DNA of 64,000 bases from NCBI RefSeq assembly GCF_963921235.1, contig NC_086097.1:165046001-165110000 (forward strand), read 5' to 3'. The position numbers and the translations under genes were made by a program. This DNA is from Mobula hypostoma (taxonomy: Eukaryota). A model generated the notes under the pieces. That model did no database searches. It saw only the letters and a program-made list of their open reading frames with translations, and was not told the origin of the DNA. Position 1 is the first letter of the stretch. Every line of letters begins with the position of its first letter. This document shows positions 1 through 12,112 of this stretch, one piece after another.

Positions 1-45
1 CACAGAAAAATGTGGAACATTTGGTACAACACAGCCATAATTCCC

Positions 46-357
46 AGTGGGCACATGGCCAAGTGGTTAAGGCATTGGACTAACGACCTGAAGGTTGTGA
101 GTTCAAGCCCCAGCCGAGGCAACGTGTTGTGCCCTTGAGCAAGGCACTTAATCACACATTGCTCTGCGACGACACTGGTGCCAAGCTGTATGGGTCCTAA
201 TGCCCTTCCCTTAGACAACACTGGTGTCGTGGAGATGGGAGACTTGCAGCATGTGCAACTGCTGGTCTTCCATACAACCTTGCCCAGGCCTGCACCCTGG
301 AGAGTGAAGACTTTCCAGGCGCAGATCCATGGTCTCACAAGACTAACGGATGCCTTC
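46..357 (+). mobile_element. tRNA-headed SINE (family shared with 13361-13671)
   Basis: A-box-like TGGCCAAGTGG and B-box-like GAGTTCAAGCC, then a CORE-like TGTGCCCTTGAGCAAGGCACTTAA segment; near-identical inverted copy at 13361-13671. Confidence 0.8.
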
Positions 358-786
358 TTAAGTGCAGTTGATGAAACCTATGTTAGTTAGGAGGTATCTT
401 CCTCTACTGCAGAGTATGTATTGTAAAGTTTACCCAACAACGCAGAACAAAGCATACGGTTGTTTTATTTTAAATAAAGGGGAAAGGTTATTTTCAGAAG
501 ATCGAGGTCCAAAATAACTCGGAAGTTTATCAAATGAAGTATCAAGATTTTAAGTTAGAATTTGGGTGACAATGTTTAAAATATTTAAAAGCAGAATTCC
601 TGACTTCTGCATTTAATTTATTCTGTTATAACTCCATCATATTTCTTGCATTTGGATTTCCCCTATGCATAACAATGGTTTTCATTGAAAACTAATCACC
701 ATGGACAGAGCACTGGGTTTACAGAGCATTCAATAGGTAACTTCAAAAACGTAGGATCAATAGTGCACTAATAACAAAAACCTCAC

Positions 787-862
787 TTGCATTTACACTT
801 CTCCAACGCAGCATCTGCGATCTGTTTTAGGTTGATCAGCTTCTCTCCTCTGTAAAAACCAT
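787..862 (-). CDS. ACSS2: Acetyl-CoA synthetase (ACSS2/ACSS2-like) coding exon 6, (D)GFYRGEKLINLKQIADAALEKCKC(K)
   Basis: 76-bp exon, acceptor tttcctgtcatttag, donor gtgagg; phase fits exon 5; resembles the ACSS2 segment DAFYRGEKLVNLKELADEALQKC. Confidence 0.93.
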
Positions 863-1004
863 CTAAATGACAGGAAAAAATGTAAATGTATTGACTTTTC
901 CAACAAATATTCAAAGTGATTTTGAGTATTAAAGTGGCATAAACTAGGATAAGAGGCAGATTACAGAGAGCAAAGGGAATTGTCAGGAGAACAATAGACT
1001 TTAC

Positions 1005-1077
1005 CTGCAGTAACCAGTAATATGCATTGGGAATCTAATATTCTGTCACACAGAGATTCAGCTGAGAAACCTGCAAA
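1005..1077 (-). CDS. ACSS2: ACSS2/ACSS2-like coding exon 5, FAGFSAESLCDRILDSQCILLVTA
   Basis: 73-bp exon, acceptor ttattcag, donor gtaaag; conserved FAGFS-ESL--RI-DS acetyl-CoA synthetase motif; 142-bp intron to exon 6. Confidence 0.95.
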
Positions 1078-3334
1078 CTGAATAATAAACACATGAAACA
1101 GCTATAATTCCCTCTGTTCTTTAGTCAACACAGCGGACTAAATATTCTGTTGATGGTGGTGTCAAGCCCAGGAAAAGATTAGAACTCAAGCTGAAAATCA
1201 ATCTAAGAGAATACATTATGTGAAGATCGGATTATCTGACTTTTCCATGAAATTCCCACAAAATAAGCTGCATTCTATCAAATATAAGTTCAGGAGCTGG
1301 TTGGTCCACCCCAGCATTGTCATAGGGTCATAGAGTTTTACAACGTGGAAGCCGGCCCTTCGGCCCATCTCATCCATGCAGACTGTTGCCCAATGAGCTA
1401 GTCCCACCTGCTTTCATTTGGCCCATATATTACATAACACTCCCCTGGGCCCTACCATTTACTGCATGTCCTATTCTGCTTTGATCTCTCAAAATTCAAT
1501 ACCTCACATTTATCTGGACTGAAAGTCACACATCAATCCTCAGCCCACATACTTAGCTGATCTCACTGTAAGTTTCCATAACCTTCTACAGTGCCTGCAA
1601 CACCAGCTCATCATCTGTAAACTTACTAACTACGTCTCGTATACTGACATTAAAATCATTTATATAAATTACAAACAAAGCTATCCGATGTACCATGATG
1701 AAACGGTGTCTTTGCAATTTGTAACATAAAACTGTTTGGCACCAAAATTATCAGTGATTGTCTCAAAACAGCTCAGATTTCTTTTGACTGATCAAGGCAG
1801 CAATGAAAGTCACACTACACAAATTGTTTGATTAGCTAACTTTACTTAACTCAACTAAAGAAGAAAGAAATGAGTATTTCATATAATTTTATTTAACTCT
1901 GCACTACAAATTTAATTTAACTCTTAACTAGAAAACAAAGCTCAAGTAACTTCATTTAGTACCTTTATTTAAATCTTAACTAAAAAAACACAACTCTTTA
2001 TTTGACTCTCCACTCATGAATCAAGCCCAAGCCAGTGCAATTCACAGTGACACCTATTAGCAATCAACAGTTAAGCAATGCTGCTTGCGTGCTCGTAACC
2101 ACTCAGTCTCTCAGCGCTGGGGAACACCAACACACAACAACAGACGAAGGAGTAGCAAGGTTGCCAGGTACTGGTCATAATCCAGTCCATAGTAAATCTC
2201 CAAAAATCCAATGATTATACAGTTCAGGGTCTCCCTTATCTGTCCTACAAGCAATTAACAACTCCACATAAGATAAGGCAACTGATATTCCATGTACTGG
2301 AAACCACCAAATGACCCTCTGAGACAGGCCTACCTGTGTAACCAGAGTCTAAAACAAAAATTAAAGTCAGCCATACTGTTACATATTCAGCCATTTTGTT
2401 AACCTATTCAGCCATTTTATAGCTTTTGCAATTTGGAAATCACTAGTTCTGCTTCACCTTACTGCAGTGGCCATCTGTACTCACCATTTGTCTGACCTTT
2501 ATTGCACCTTATTGACTGCCTGCACTATACTTTCTCAGTCATTCTGACCTCCCTCATTGTTGAACATCCATCCTACATTGTGAAACCCAAAGGAACTGAT
2601 TGTTGTACTACGCCATGGCAGGACCAGAGCTGTGTCAGAAAGTAGTTCTCCACACAAATGATGATTAATGAGGATTCTCAAGGTGATGTTCAAGAATCAA
2701 TGATATCATGAACAGGACAGATGTGTGCATGGAATGATCCCCCATGCAAAATTTTAGTTTATGATTCACCACTCATTGATACTATAAACTGTCTCCTTCA
2801 TTTGGTGTCTAATCCATGGATGTAAATTGATGAATAAGCACCTTTGCAATTAGTGTTAAAAAATTGCCTGGTAAAGTGATCAGTGACCACATGAACTCAA
2901 TGTGTGGGAGACCATTTGTTAGGTCTGCCTGTGATCTGTGACTAACCCATTACCTCTGACTCTTCAGGACTTAACTGGTCGCTGCTTGTATTGAGCCTGT
3001 GCCCCTGACTGGCTCAAATCCCAGGTTGGCTCATGAATCCTGACCAGCTTGTAATCTCTGATTGGTCTGCGGATTTCTTCAGAACTCCTGATTGGATCAT
3101 ACCCCCAGTTGCTTTAGTACCCCTAACCTGATGGGATGTCTGATAGCTTATGACTTATTACATAGTTTGTGAGTTTCTTTCTAGCTCAGGATATAAGTGA
3201 TTCGTAACCCTGTAAAACTGCTCTGGTTTCAAGTTCCTAATGCCACACATAAAGTTTTGCATTCAGTAAAACATAGCAAGTTCCACAAAGCAAAGGCCCC
3301 ATGAAATAAACCAACCTTAGCTATCCAAACAGAG

Positions 3335-3705
3335 ATACAAGAGACTGCAGATGCTGGAATCTGCTGCAACAAACAATATGCTGAAGTGGGTCAAACATCG
3401 TCTCTGGGAGGAAATGAATAATCAGTGTTCAGTTCTGGGTTTTGAAATAAAAAAAAACAAACCTGCAGGATTTTAACCCAAAACACTGACAACTCCTCAC
3501 CACCACCACCACCACCAACCCCACCCCCACAGATGCTGCTCAACCTGCTGAATTCCTCCAACAAAAAACAGAGAAAATCTGCAGATGCTGGAAATCCAAG
3601 CAACACACACACAGCAGGACGGGCAGCATCTATAGAAAAGAGTACAGTCGACGTTTCAGGACGAAACCCTTCAACAGGAGTTCCTCCAACAGACTGTTTG
3701 TTGCT
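3335..3705. mobile_element. Cluster of Penelope-derived short non-autonomous repeats with a degenerate hammerhead motif
   Basis: Repeated CTGCAGATGCTGGAA blocks in both orientations; minus strand 3645-3678 reads CTGTTGA-AGGGTTTCGTCCT-GAAAC-GTC-GACT; similar to the termini of the elements at 37797-39184 and 57751-58437. Confidence 0.7.
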
Positions 3706-4027
3706 TACCCATCGAATTAACCTGATTTCTATGTCCAAGATACCAAGAGACTTCCATGGTTCTCTTTCAAATTGTCTCATGAGCTCTCTTTACATTCATC
3801 TATGAAATGGATAAAGCCTTATTTCATGCCTCCCTATTATGGGATATTGCCTCACAAGTGACACAATATACCTTTATCTGTTCCAGATTTCATACTCCCC
3901 TTGTCTTCTATTCCACAATTTTAACCTTAGTGTTATGTTTTACAGTGGTCCTGAGACACCTCATCTGTAATTATCAGTTTTAATATTGTGTTCACTGGGA
4001 AACTCAGATACCCCAGTGTATACATAC

Positions 4028-4131
4028 CACGATAGAGTGGACAACTCCTATTCTTGCACAGGCCAGCATTGCGTATATCAGTTCTGGGATCACTGGTAAA
4101 TATATGGCAACTCTGTCTCCTTTCTGCACAC
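4028..4131 (-). CDS. ACSS2: ACSS2/ACSS2-like coding exon 4, (G)[34 protein letters not shown]
   Basis: 104-bp exon, acceptor tatatgcag, donor gtatgt; hallmark [23 protein letters not shown]; lies inside ORF 4004..4195. Confidence 0.96.
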
Positions 4132-4403
4132 CTGCATATAGAACGAAATATTCAGCAGTTTGTTTATGATCAATTTGTTGTATTTCTGATGTCAAGCATT
4201 TGAACTTAAATCAGTAGACCTAAGAAATGTAGGCCAATTCAATCAGCCTCCTGAATTGTTGGCTGCTTTCCAACAGTATCACTTTCAGTAGGTGTTCCAC
4301 ACGAACATATACAAATCAAGAAAGCACAATCTTTTCTGCTCATAATTCTATATACTTTGATCAGTCACTTCTCAGTCTCTTATGCTCCAACCAAAAAAAC
4401 AAA

Positions 4404-5782
4404 AGGATTGCATTAAGAGCAAGAGGATCGCAAGGGACAAAATTGGTCCTCTGGAAGACCAGAATAGTAATCCATCTGTGGAGCCAAAGCAGAAGGGGCA
4501 GATCTTAAATTAATTCTTTGCATCTGTATTTACTCAGGACTCAGATACAGAGTCTATAGAAGTCAGCAAAGCTTCCTGGACCCTGTACAGATTACAGAGG
4601 AGGAGGTGTTTGCTACCCTAAGGCAAATCAAGGTGGATAGATCCCCAAGGTCCAAAGGGTTCCCTCAGACTCTGTGGGAGGCAAGTGCAGAAATTGTTGG
4701 TGCCCTAGCAGAGATATTTAAAATATCCTTAGCAACAGGAGAGGTACCAGAGCATTGGAGGATAGTCAATGTTGTTCTGCTGTTTAAAAAAGTCTCTAAA
4801 CAAAACCAGGAAATTATAGGCCGGTGAGTCTGATATCAGTCGTGGGAAAGTTATTGGAAGGTATTCTAAGCCACCAGATATATAAGTATTTGGATAGAAC
4901 ATGGACTGATTAAGGATAAGTCAGCATAGCTTCATGCATGGTGGGTCATGTCTAACCATTCTGATGAAGTTTTTCAAGGAAGTTACTAGGAAAGTGAATG
5001 AAGGCAAGCCAGTTGATGTTGTCTACATGGACTTTAGTGAGGCATTTGACAAGGTCCTGCTTAGGAGGTTGGCCAAGAAGGTTCAATTGCTTGGCATTCA
5101 GGAGGAAGTAGTAAATTGGACTAGACACTGGCTTTGTGAGAGAAGCCAGAGAATGGTAGTAAATGGTTGCCTCTCTGAGAGGAGGCCTGTAACTAGCAGT
5201 GTTCTGCAGGGATCGGTTATGGGTCTTTTGTTGTTTGTCATCTATATCAATGATCTGGATGATAATGTGGTTAACTAGATCAGCAAATTTACAGATGACA
5301 CCAAGATAAGGGGTGTAGTGGACAGTGAGGAAGGTCATTGTGGCTTGCAGAGGGATCTGCATCAGCTGGAAAATTGAGTTGAAAAGTGGCAGATGGAATT
5401 TAATGCAGATAAGTGTAAGGTTTTGCACTTTGATAGGACCAACCAGAGTAAGTCTTACACAGTGACCAGTAGGGCACTGAGAACAAAGGGATCTGGGAAT
5501 ACACCTCCATAATTCATTGAAGGTGGTGTCACAGGTAGATTGGGTCGTAAAGAAAGTTTTTGGCACATTGGCCTTCATAAATCAATGTATTGAGTACTGA
5601 AGATGGGATGTTATGTTAAAGTTGTATGTTAGCAAGGTCTAATTTGCAGTATTGTGTACAGTTTTGGTCACCTACCTACAGGAAAGATGTAAATAAGATT
5701 GAAAAAGTACAGAGAAAATTTACAAGGATGTTGCTGGGTCTGGAGGACTTAACCTATAAGGGAAGATTGAATAAGTTAGGAT
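4404..5782 (+). mobile_element. CR1-type LINE ORF2 fragment (reverse transcriptase), decayed
   Basis: ORFs 4606..4827 and 4934..5278 (VDVVYMDFSEAFDKV, QGSVMG, YINDLDD) with stops and frameshifts. Confidence 0.9.
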
Positions 5783-6069
5783 GATATTCACATTTGGAGA
5801 ACTGCGCACAGTGCCCCAATATAACATAATCAGTGTTCTGTAAGGATACAACATAATGGATTTGATATCCTGACTTATGAAGGCAAATGTGCCATATGCC
5901 TCCTTCACCACTCTATTAACCTGTGTTACCACTTTTAGGGAACTCAGACCCATAGGTCTCCCTGTTCATCAACATTCCATAGTGTTCTACCATTTTCTGC
6001 ACATGTCCTACCCTTATCTGATTCCCAAAATGCATTAGAGTCAAAATCAGGTTCATTATCACTGACTTA

Positions 6070-8604
6070 TACACTCAGTGGGCACTTTATTAGGTATCTC
6101 CTGTACCTAATAAGGTGGTCATTGAGTGTACGTTCATAGTCTTCTGCTGCTGTAGCCCATCCACTTCAATGTTTGATGTGTTGAGCATTCAGAGATGCTT
6201 TTCTGCACACCACTGTTGTCACACATGGTTATTTAAGTTACCGCCACCTTCCTGTCAGCTTGAATTAGTCTGGCCATTCTCCTCAGAGCTCTCTCATTAA
6301 TAACAGAACTGAAAGTCACTGAATTTCGTGTATTTGTTTTTGTTTTTTGTAAGCTCTAAAGGGTGCTGTGCATGAAAATCCCAGGAAATCAGCAATTTCT
6401 GAGATATTCAAACCGCCCCGTTAAGCAGTAACAATCATTCCACAGTCAGTCACTTAAACATGGAACATAGAATAGTACAGCACAGTACAGGCCCTTCGGC
6501 CCACAATGTTGTGCCAACCCTCAAACCCTGCCTCCCATATAAGCCCCCACCTTAAAATCCTCCATATACCTGTCTAGTAGTCTCTTAAACTTCACTAGTG
6601 TATCTGCCTCCACCACTGACTCAGGCAGTGCATTCCACGCACCAACCACTCTCTGAGTAAAAAACCTTCCTCTAATATCCCCCTTGAACTTCCCACCCCT
6701 TACCCTGAAGCCATGTCCTCTTGTATTGAGCAGTGGTGCCCTGAGGAACAGGCGCTGGCAATCCACTCTATCTATTCCTCTTATTATCTTGTACACCTCT
6801 TTCATGTCTCCTCTCATCCTCCTTCTCTCCAAGGAGTAAAGCCCTAGGTCCCTTAATCTCTGATCATAATCCATACTTTCTAAACCAGACAGCATCCTGG
6901 TAAATCTTTTCTGTACCCTTTCCAATGCTTCCACATCCTTCCTATAGTGAAGCGACCAGAACTGAACACAGTACTCCAAGTGTGGCCTAACCAGAGTTTT
7001 ATACAGCTGCATCATTACATCATGACTCTTAAACTCTATCCCTCGACTTATGAAAGCTAACACCCCATAAGCTTTCTTAACTACCCTATCCACCTGTGAG
7101 GCAACTTTCAGGGATCTGTGGACATGTACCCCGAGATCCCTCTGCTCCTCCACACTACCAAGTATCCTGTCATTTACTTTGTACTCTGCCTTGGAGTTTG
7201 TCCTTCCAAAGTGTACCACCTCACACTTCCTCAGCCCACTTCTGCATCCTATCAATGTCTCTCTGCAATCTTCGACAATCCTCTACACTATCTACAACAC
7301 CACCAACCTTTGTGTCGTCTGCAAACTTGCCAACCCACCCTTCTACCCCCACATCCAGGTCGTTAATAAAAATCATGAAAAGTAGAGGTCCCAGAACAGA
7401 ACCTTGTGGGACACCACTAGTCACAATCCTCCAATCTGAATGTACTCCCTCCACCACCACCCTCTGCCTTCTGCAGGCAAGCCAATTCTGAATCCACCTG
7501 GCCAAACTTCCCTGGATCCCATGCCTTCTAACTTTCTGAATAAGCCTACCGTGTGGAACCTTGTCAAATGCCTTACTAAAATCCATATAGATCACATCCA
7601 TTGCACTACCCTCATCTATATGCCTGGTTACCTCCTCAAAGAACTCTATCAGGCTTGTTAGACATGATCTGCCCTTCACAAAGCCATGCTGACGGTCCCT
7701 GATTAGACCATGATTCCCTAAATGCCCAGAGATCCTATCTCTAAGAATCTTTTCCAACAGCTTTCCCACCACAGACGTAAGGCTCACTGGTCTATAATTA
7801 CCCGGACTATCCCTACTACCTTTTTTGAACAAGGGGACAACATTCGCCTCCCTCCAATCCTCCGGTACCATTCCCGTGGACAATGAGGACATAAAGATCC
7901 TAGCCAGATGCTCAGCAATCTCTTCCCTCGCCTCATGGAGCAGCATGGGGAATATTCCATCAGGCCCCGGGAACTTATCCATCCTAATGTATTTTAACAA
8001 CTCCAACACCTCCTCTCCCAACATATCAACATGCTCCAGAACATCAACCTCACTCATATTGTCCTCACCATCATCATTCCCTCTCATTGGTGAATACTGA
8101 AGAGAAGTATTCATTGAGGACCTCGCTCACTTCCACAGCCTCCAGGCACATCTTCCCACCTTTATCTCTAATCGGTCCTACCTTCACTCCTGTCATCCTT
8201 TTTTTCTTCACATAATTAAAGAATGCCTTGGGGTTTTCCTTTACCCTACTTGCCAAGGCCTTCTCATGCCCCCCTCTTGCTCTTCTCAGCCCCTTCTTAA
8301 GCTCCTTTCTTGCTTCTCTATATTCCTCAATAGACCCATCTGATCCTTGCTTCCTAAACCTCATGTATGCTGCCTTCTTCCACCTGACTTGTCACCCATG
8401 GTTCCTTCACCCTACTATTCTTTACCTCCCTCACTGGGACAAATTTATCCCTTAGATCACATTTCTTCCCCATTCTGATGTTTCATGTGAACAACTGAAC
8501 TTCGTGACCATGTCTACATAATTGCTGCCAGATGATTAGATGAATAAATATATTGTATTAAAGAGCAGGTGTACAGTTGTACTTTTAAGTGACCACTAAG
8601 CGCA
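6070..8604. mobile_element. Tc1/mariner-type non-autonomous DNA element, interrupted by a CR1
   Basis: TA-CACTCAGTGGGCACTTTATTAGGTA terminus at 6070 with an immediate inverted copy to 6130; degenerate opposite terminus ~8578-8604; body resumes at ~8451 after the CR1. Confidence 0.65.
6458..8450 (-). mobile_element. CR1-type LINE, 5'-truncated and relatively young, ORF2 RT plus 3' tail
   Basis: ORFs 8074..8364, 7221..8114 ([38 protein letters not shown]) and 6521..7255; (TTCTATG)-type tail at the 6458 end; small deletion/frameshift near 7230. Confidence 0.95.
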
Positions 8605-9360
8605 CATTGTGAAATGTGTTGTTTTGCAGCAGCAGTACAGTGCAAAGATATAAAGCTGCTATAAATTATAAAATAAATAAATAGTGAAAAATGTTAATAG
8701 GTAGTGTTCACTGGTTCATGGACCATTCAGAAATATGCTGATGGAAGAGAAGGAGATATTTCTAAATGATTGAGTATGAGTCTTTAGGTTCCTGTACCTC
8801 CTCCCTGATGGTAGTAATGGGAAGGGGGCACATCAGCCATGTGTCGTTTCTCTGCTGCCATCTTGTGTTACATGGCTGTGGTAAACCATATATATATATA
8901 TATATATATGTATGTTGTAACTGGGTTAACTGTCTGGACACGCCCCTCTGCTGACTGCCCCTGTGGCTCCTCCCACAGACCCCTGAATAAAGGTGATTTC
9001 AACCTGCTCCTCCCCCTCAGACCAGGGGCAGACACTCAGCATGCTGAAAGTCTTATTTTACTGTGAATAAAATAGTCTTTTGGAGTAATTGAAGGTGCAT
9101 CAATGGCCTCCAGCCTCTTCCCTGCAGACTCTTCCATGTCTCGGAAGGTATGCATTCTCCTTCTTGGGGCACCACCTACTGATGATATCCACGATGGCGG
9201 GGAGAGCTATGCCTGTAGTGGAGTTGAATGAATCTACAGTCTCTTGTGATCCTGTGCATTGGAGCCTCCATACCAGTGAGAACACTTTCCCCTGTGCATC
9301 TCTAGCTAGAAATTTGCAAGAATTGTTGAAGATGCATCAGATCTCCTCAAACTCCTCGTG
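8605..9360 (-). mobile_element. Rex1/Babar-type LINE 3' fragment, interrupted by a solo LTR
   Basis: Similar to the other Rex1-type fragments (TCCTGTACCTCCTCCCTGATGG block); continuous across 8877-9102. Confidence 0.55.
8877..9102 (+). mobile_element. Solo LTR, ~230-bp family (copy 1)
   Basis: TGTGGTAAACC...GAAGGTGCATCA (TG..CA), AATAAA inside, perfect 5-bp TSD ATGGC (8872-8876 / 9103-9107); homologous to 20147-20375 and 44227-44456. Confidence 0.9.
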
Positions 9361-10080
9361 CTTGTCAGAATTAAACTAAATCTGCCAATTCCAGCTGAAT
9401 CTACATGTTTCTGTGACCTTATCAACCTTCCTCGTATCCAAGCACCACCAATATTCATGTCACACGTTTTTGGTGGAGACCCTGTGGAATTCACACCCAG
9501 AATGAGTACCTGCAGCGGGCTGTATATCAGGACATTGAACAAAAGATCAAAAGAGAGGAATGGAGGGCTACACAGATTTATCAAGATGATTCAAGTACAG
9601 AGACAGGCCCCTTAGCCTGTCCAAACATCCCTGTGTTGGAACAATCCAGCTAGTTCCAATCCTCCTCATTCTCTTCAGAGCCCTGGAAATACTTACTTTT
9701 CAGGTAGTTACCCAAATCCGTTTTGAACGCTAAAATTAAATGAGCCGCCACTGCTTTTATTGGAAGTGCATTTGAGGCAGTAACAGCTGACTACATGAGA
9801 AAAAAGTTCCTCATGTCACTTTTGGGTCCTTTGCTAACCACCTGATGCCCTGAATGAATTTCAGAAACTCCTGCTCCTCTTTATTCCTTAGGTTATATTT
9901 GGATAGTTGGAGTCCCCTGATATATTTACTCTTATTTTGCTTCCCTGCAGTTCCCCTGCATATTTATTCTTCACCGTCCTTCCCATTAGCTAGCTGGTAA
10001 TAGGGCGGTCCCAGCTGTGTTATTACACCTCTATTTCTTCACAATTCTAACCAGATAGACTCTCCCTGGGAAAATTTAGA

Positions 10081-10303
10081 GATACATCACAGCAAAAGAT
10101 CCTCCTAGCCCAATGAGTCCATTCTGCCCAATTACACCTATGTGACCAATTAACCTGTTAAACCATGGGAATGTGGGTGGAAACCAGAGCACCTGGAGGA
10201 AATCCACATGGTCATGGGAAGGGCATACAGACAGTGTCAGAGTTCAAGCCGAGCTGCTGGTGCTGTAATAGTGTTACACTAACCACTACACTACTCCGTC
10301 GCT
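10081..10303 (-). mobile_element. V-SINE-like tRNA-derived SINE
   Basis: Reverse complement has a tRNA-like head (GTAGTGTAGTGGTTAGTG) and a V-domain-like GGATTTCCTCCAGGTGCTCTGGTTTCCACCCACATTCC block. Confidence 0.7.
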
Positions 10304-10675
10304 CACTCTAACACATCTCTCCTCTCCCGTACTACACATTCTCTGTACAATATTGCCACTCCCCCTCCTTTTTTCTCATTCTTCTAGTATCCAGGAGGAT
10401 TCGGAACTGATTTCTGCCCAGTTTGAGGCACGTCTCTTTTACTATCATACTTCAATAATCCCATATGGTTACTTGCACCTTGAACTCAACAAACTCTTCT
10501 TGCATTTAGCACTATGCACCTTTAACACTTCTTAGATTTATAGGTAAGTTACTAGTTTATGGAGTTATAACTTTGGAAATTCATCGGAAATTGACTCGAA
10601 CATTCTCATTTATTCTAGAAAATATTTAGTGTGGCTTAACACACTGATATCTGGAATCCACTTTTGCTGAGTTCC

Positions 10676-11490
10676 AGCAGATAGAGTTCAACCCAGGTAA
10701 GTGTGATGTGGTTCATTTTGGTAGATCAAATATGATGGCAGAATATAGCATTAACGGTAAGACTCCTGGCAGTGTGGAGGATCAGAGGGATCTTGGGGTC
10801 CAAGTCCATAGTACACTCAAAGCTACTGTGCAGGTTGACTCTGTGGTTACAAAGGCATATGATGCATTATCCTTCATCAACCATGGGATTGAGTTTAAGA
10901 GGCAAGAGGTAATGTTACAGCTATATAGGACCCTGGTCAGACCCCACATGGAGGACTGTGCTCAGTTCTGGTCACCTCACTACAGGAAGGATGTGGAAAC
11001 TATAGAAAGGGTGCCCAGAAGATTTGCAAGGATGTTGTCTGGATTGGGGAGCATGCCTTATGAGAATAGGTTGAGTGAACTCGGCCTTTTCTCCTTGGGA
11101 GTGTCGGAGGATGAGAGGTGATCTGATAGAGGTTTATAAGATGATGAGAGGCATTGATTATGTGGATAGTCAAAGGCTTTTTCCCAGGGCTGAAATGGCT
11201 AGCATGAGCGGGCACAGTTTTAGGGTGCTTGGAAGTAGGTACAGAAGAGATGTCAGGGGTAAGTTTTTTATGCAGAGAGTGGTGAGTGTGCAGAGTGGGC
11301 TGCTGGCGACTATGGTGGACGGATACAGAAGGGTCTTTTAAGAGACTCCAGGATAGGTACATGGAGCTTAGAAAAATAGAGGGCTGTGGGTTACCCTAGG
11401 TAATTTCTAAGGTAAGGACATGTTCAGCACAGCTTTGTGGGCTGAAGGGCCTGTATTGTGCTGTGGGTTTTCTATGTTCTATGTTCTATG
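10676..11490 (+). mobile_element. CR1-type LINE 3' end
   Basis: ORFs 10708..11121 (LYRTLVRPHME-CAQFWSPHY) and 11075..11341; TCTATGTTCTATGTTCTATG tail. Confidence 0.9.
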
Positions 11491-11494
11491 ATGT

Positions 11495-12112
11495 ATTGAT
11501 ATTGGTTTTGGTTTAGTATTGTCACATGTAAAAAGATACAGTGAAAAGACTCTTCCATACTGTTCATGCAGATCAAATCGTTACATAATACAAATCATTA
11601 CAATATAAGGTAAAACAACAATAATGCAGAATAAAGTGTAAAAGCTACCTTAAAAATGCAGCACAGTTAAAAAATAAAGTGCAAGATTATAACAAGATAA
11701 ATTGTGAGGCCAAGATTCCATTTTATCGTACAAGAGGTCTGATCAAGTGTCTGACAACAGTGGAATAGAAGCTGTCCTTGAGCCTGGTGGCACATGCTCT
11801 CACATTTTTATATCTTCTGCCTGATGGAAGAGGGGAGAAAGGACTATATCCTGGATGGGTGGGGTCTTTGCTTATGCTGACTGCTTTACTGAGGCAGTGA
11901 GGAGTGTTCACAAATCTCCGAGTTTCTTGTAGTCTCACGCAGAGCAGTTGCCACATGAAAGCATTATACACACATACAGAATGCTTTCTATGGGGCATCG
12001 GTAAAACTTGGTTAGAGTTGATGGGAACATTCCAAATCTTTTTAGCCTCCTAAGGAAGTAGAGGCATTGATGAGCTTCCTTACCATTATATCAACATGGT
12101 TGGACCAGGGCA
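11495..12112 (-). mobile_element. Rex1/Babar-type LINE 3' fragment
   Basis: ORF 11723..11998 ends DPTHPGYSPFSPLPSGRRYK---ATRLKDSFY, the C-terminal motif typical of Rex1/Babar ORFs. Confidence 0.75.

Noticed and set aside
46..120. tRNA genes here and at ~13600-13671, ~16330-16400 and ~57610-57680
   Set aside because: A/B boxes are present but there is no clean cloverleaf, and each continues into a repeated SINE body
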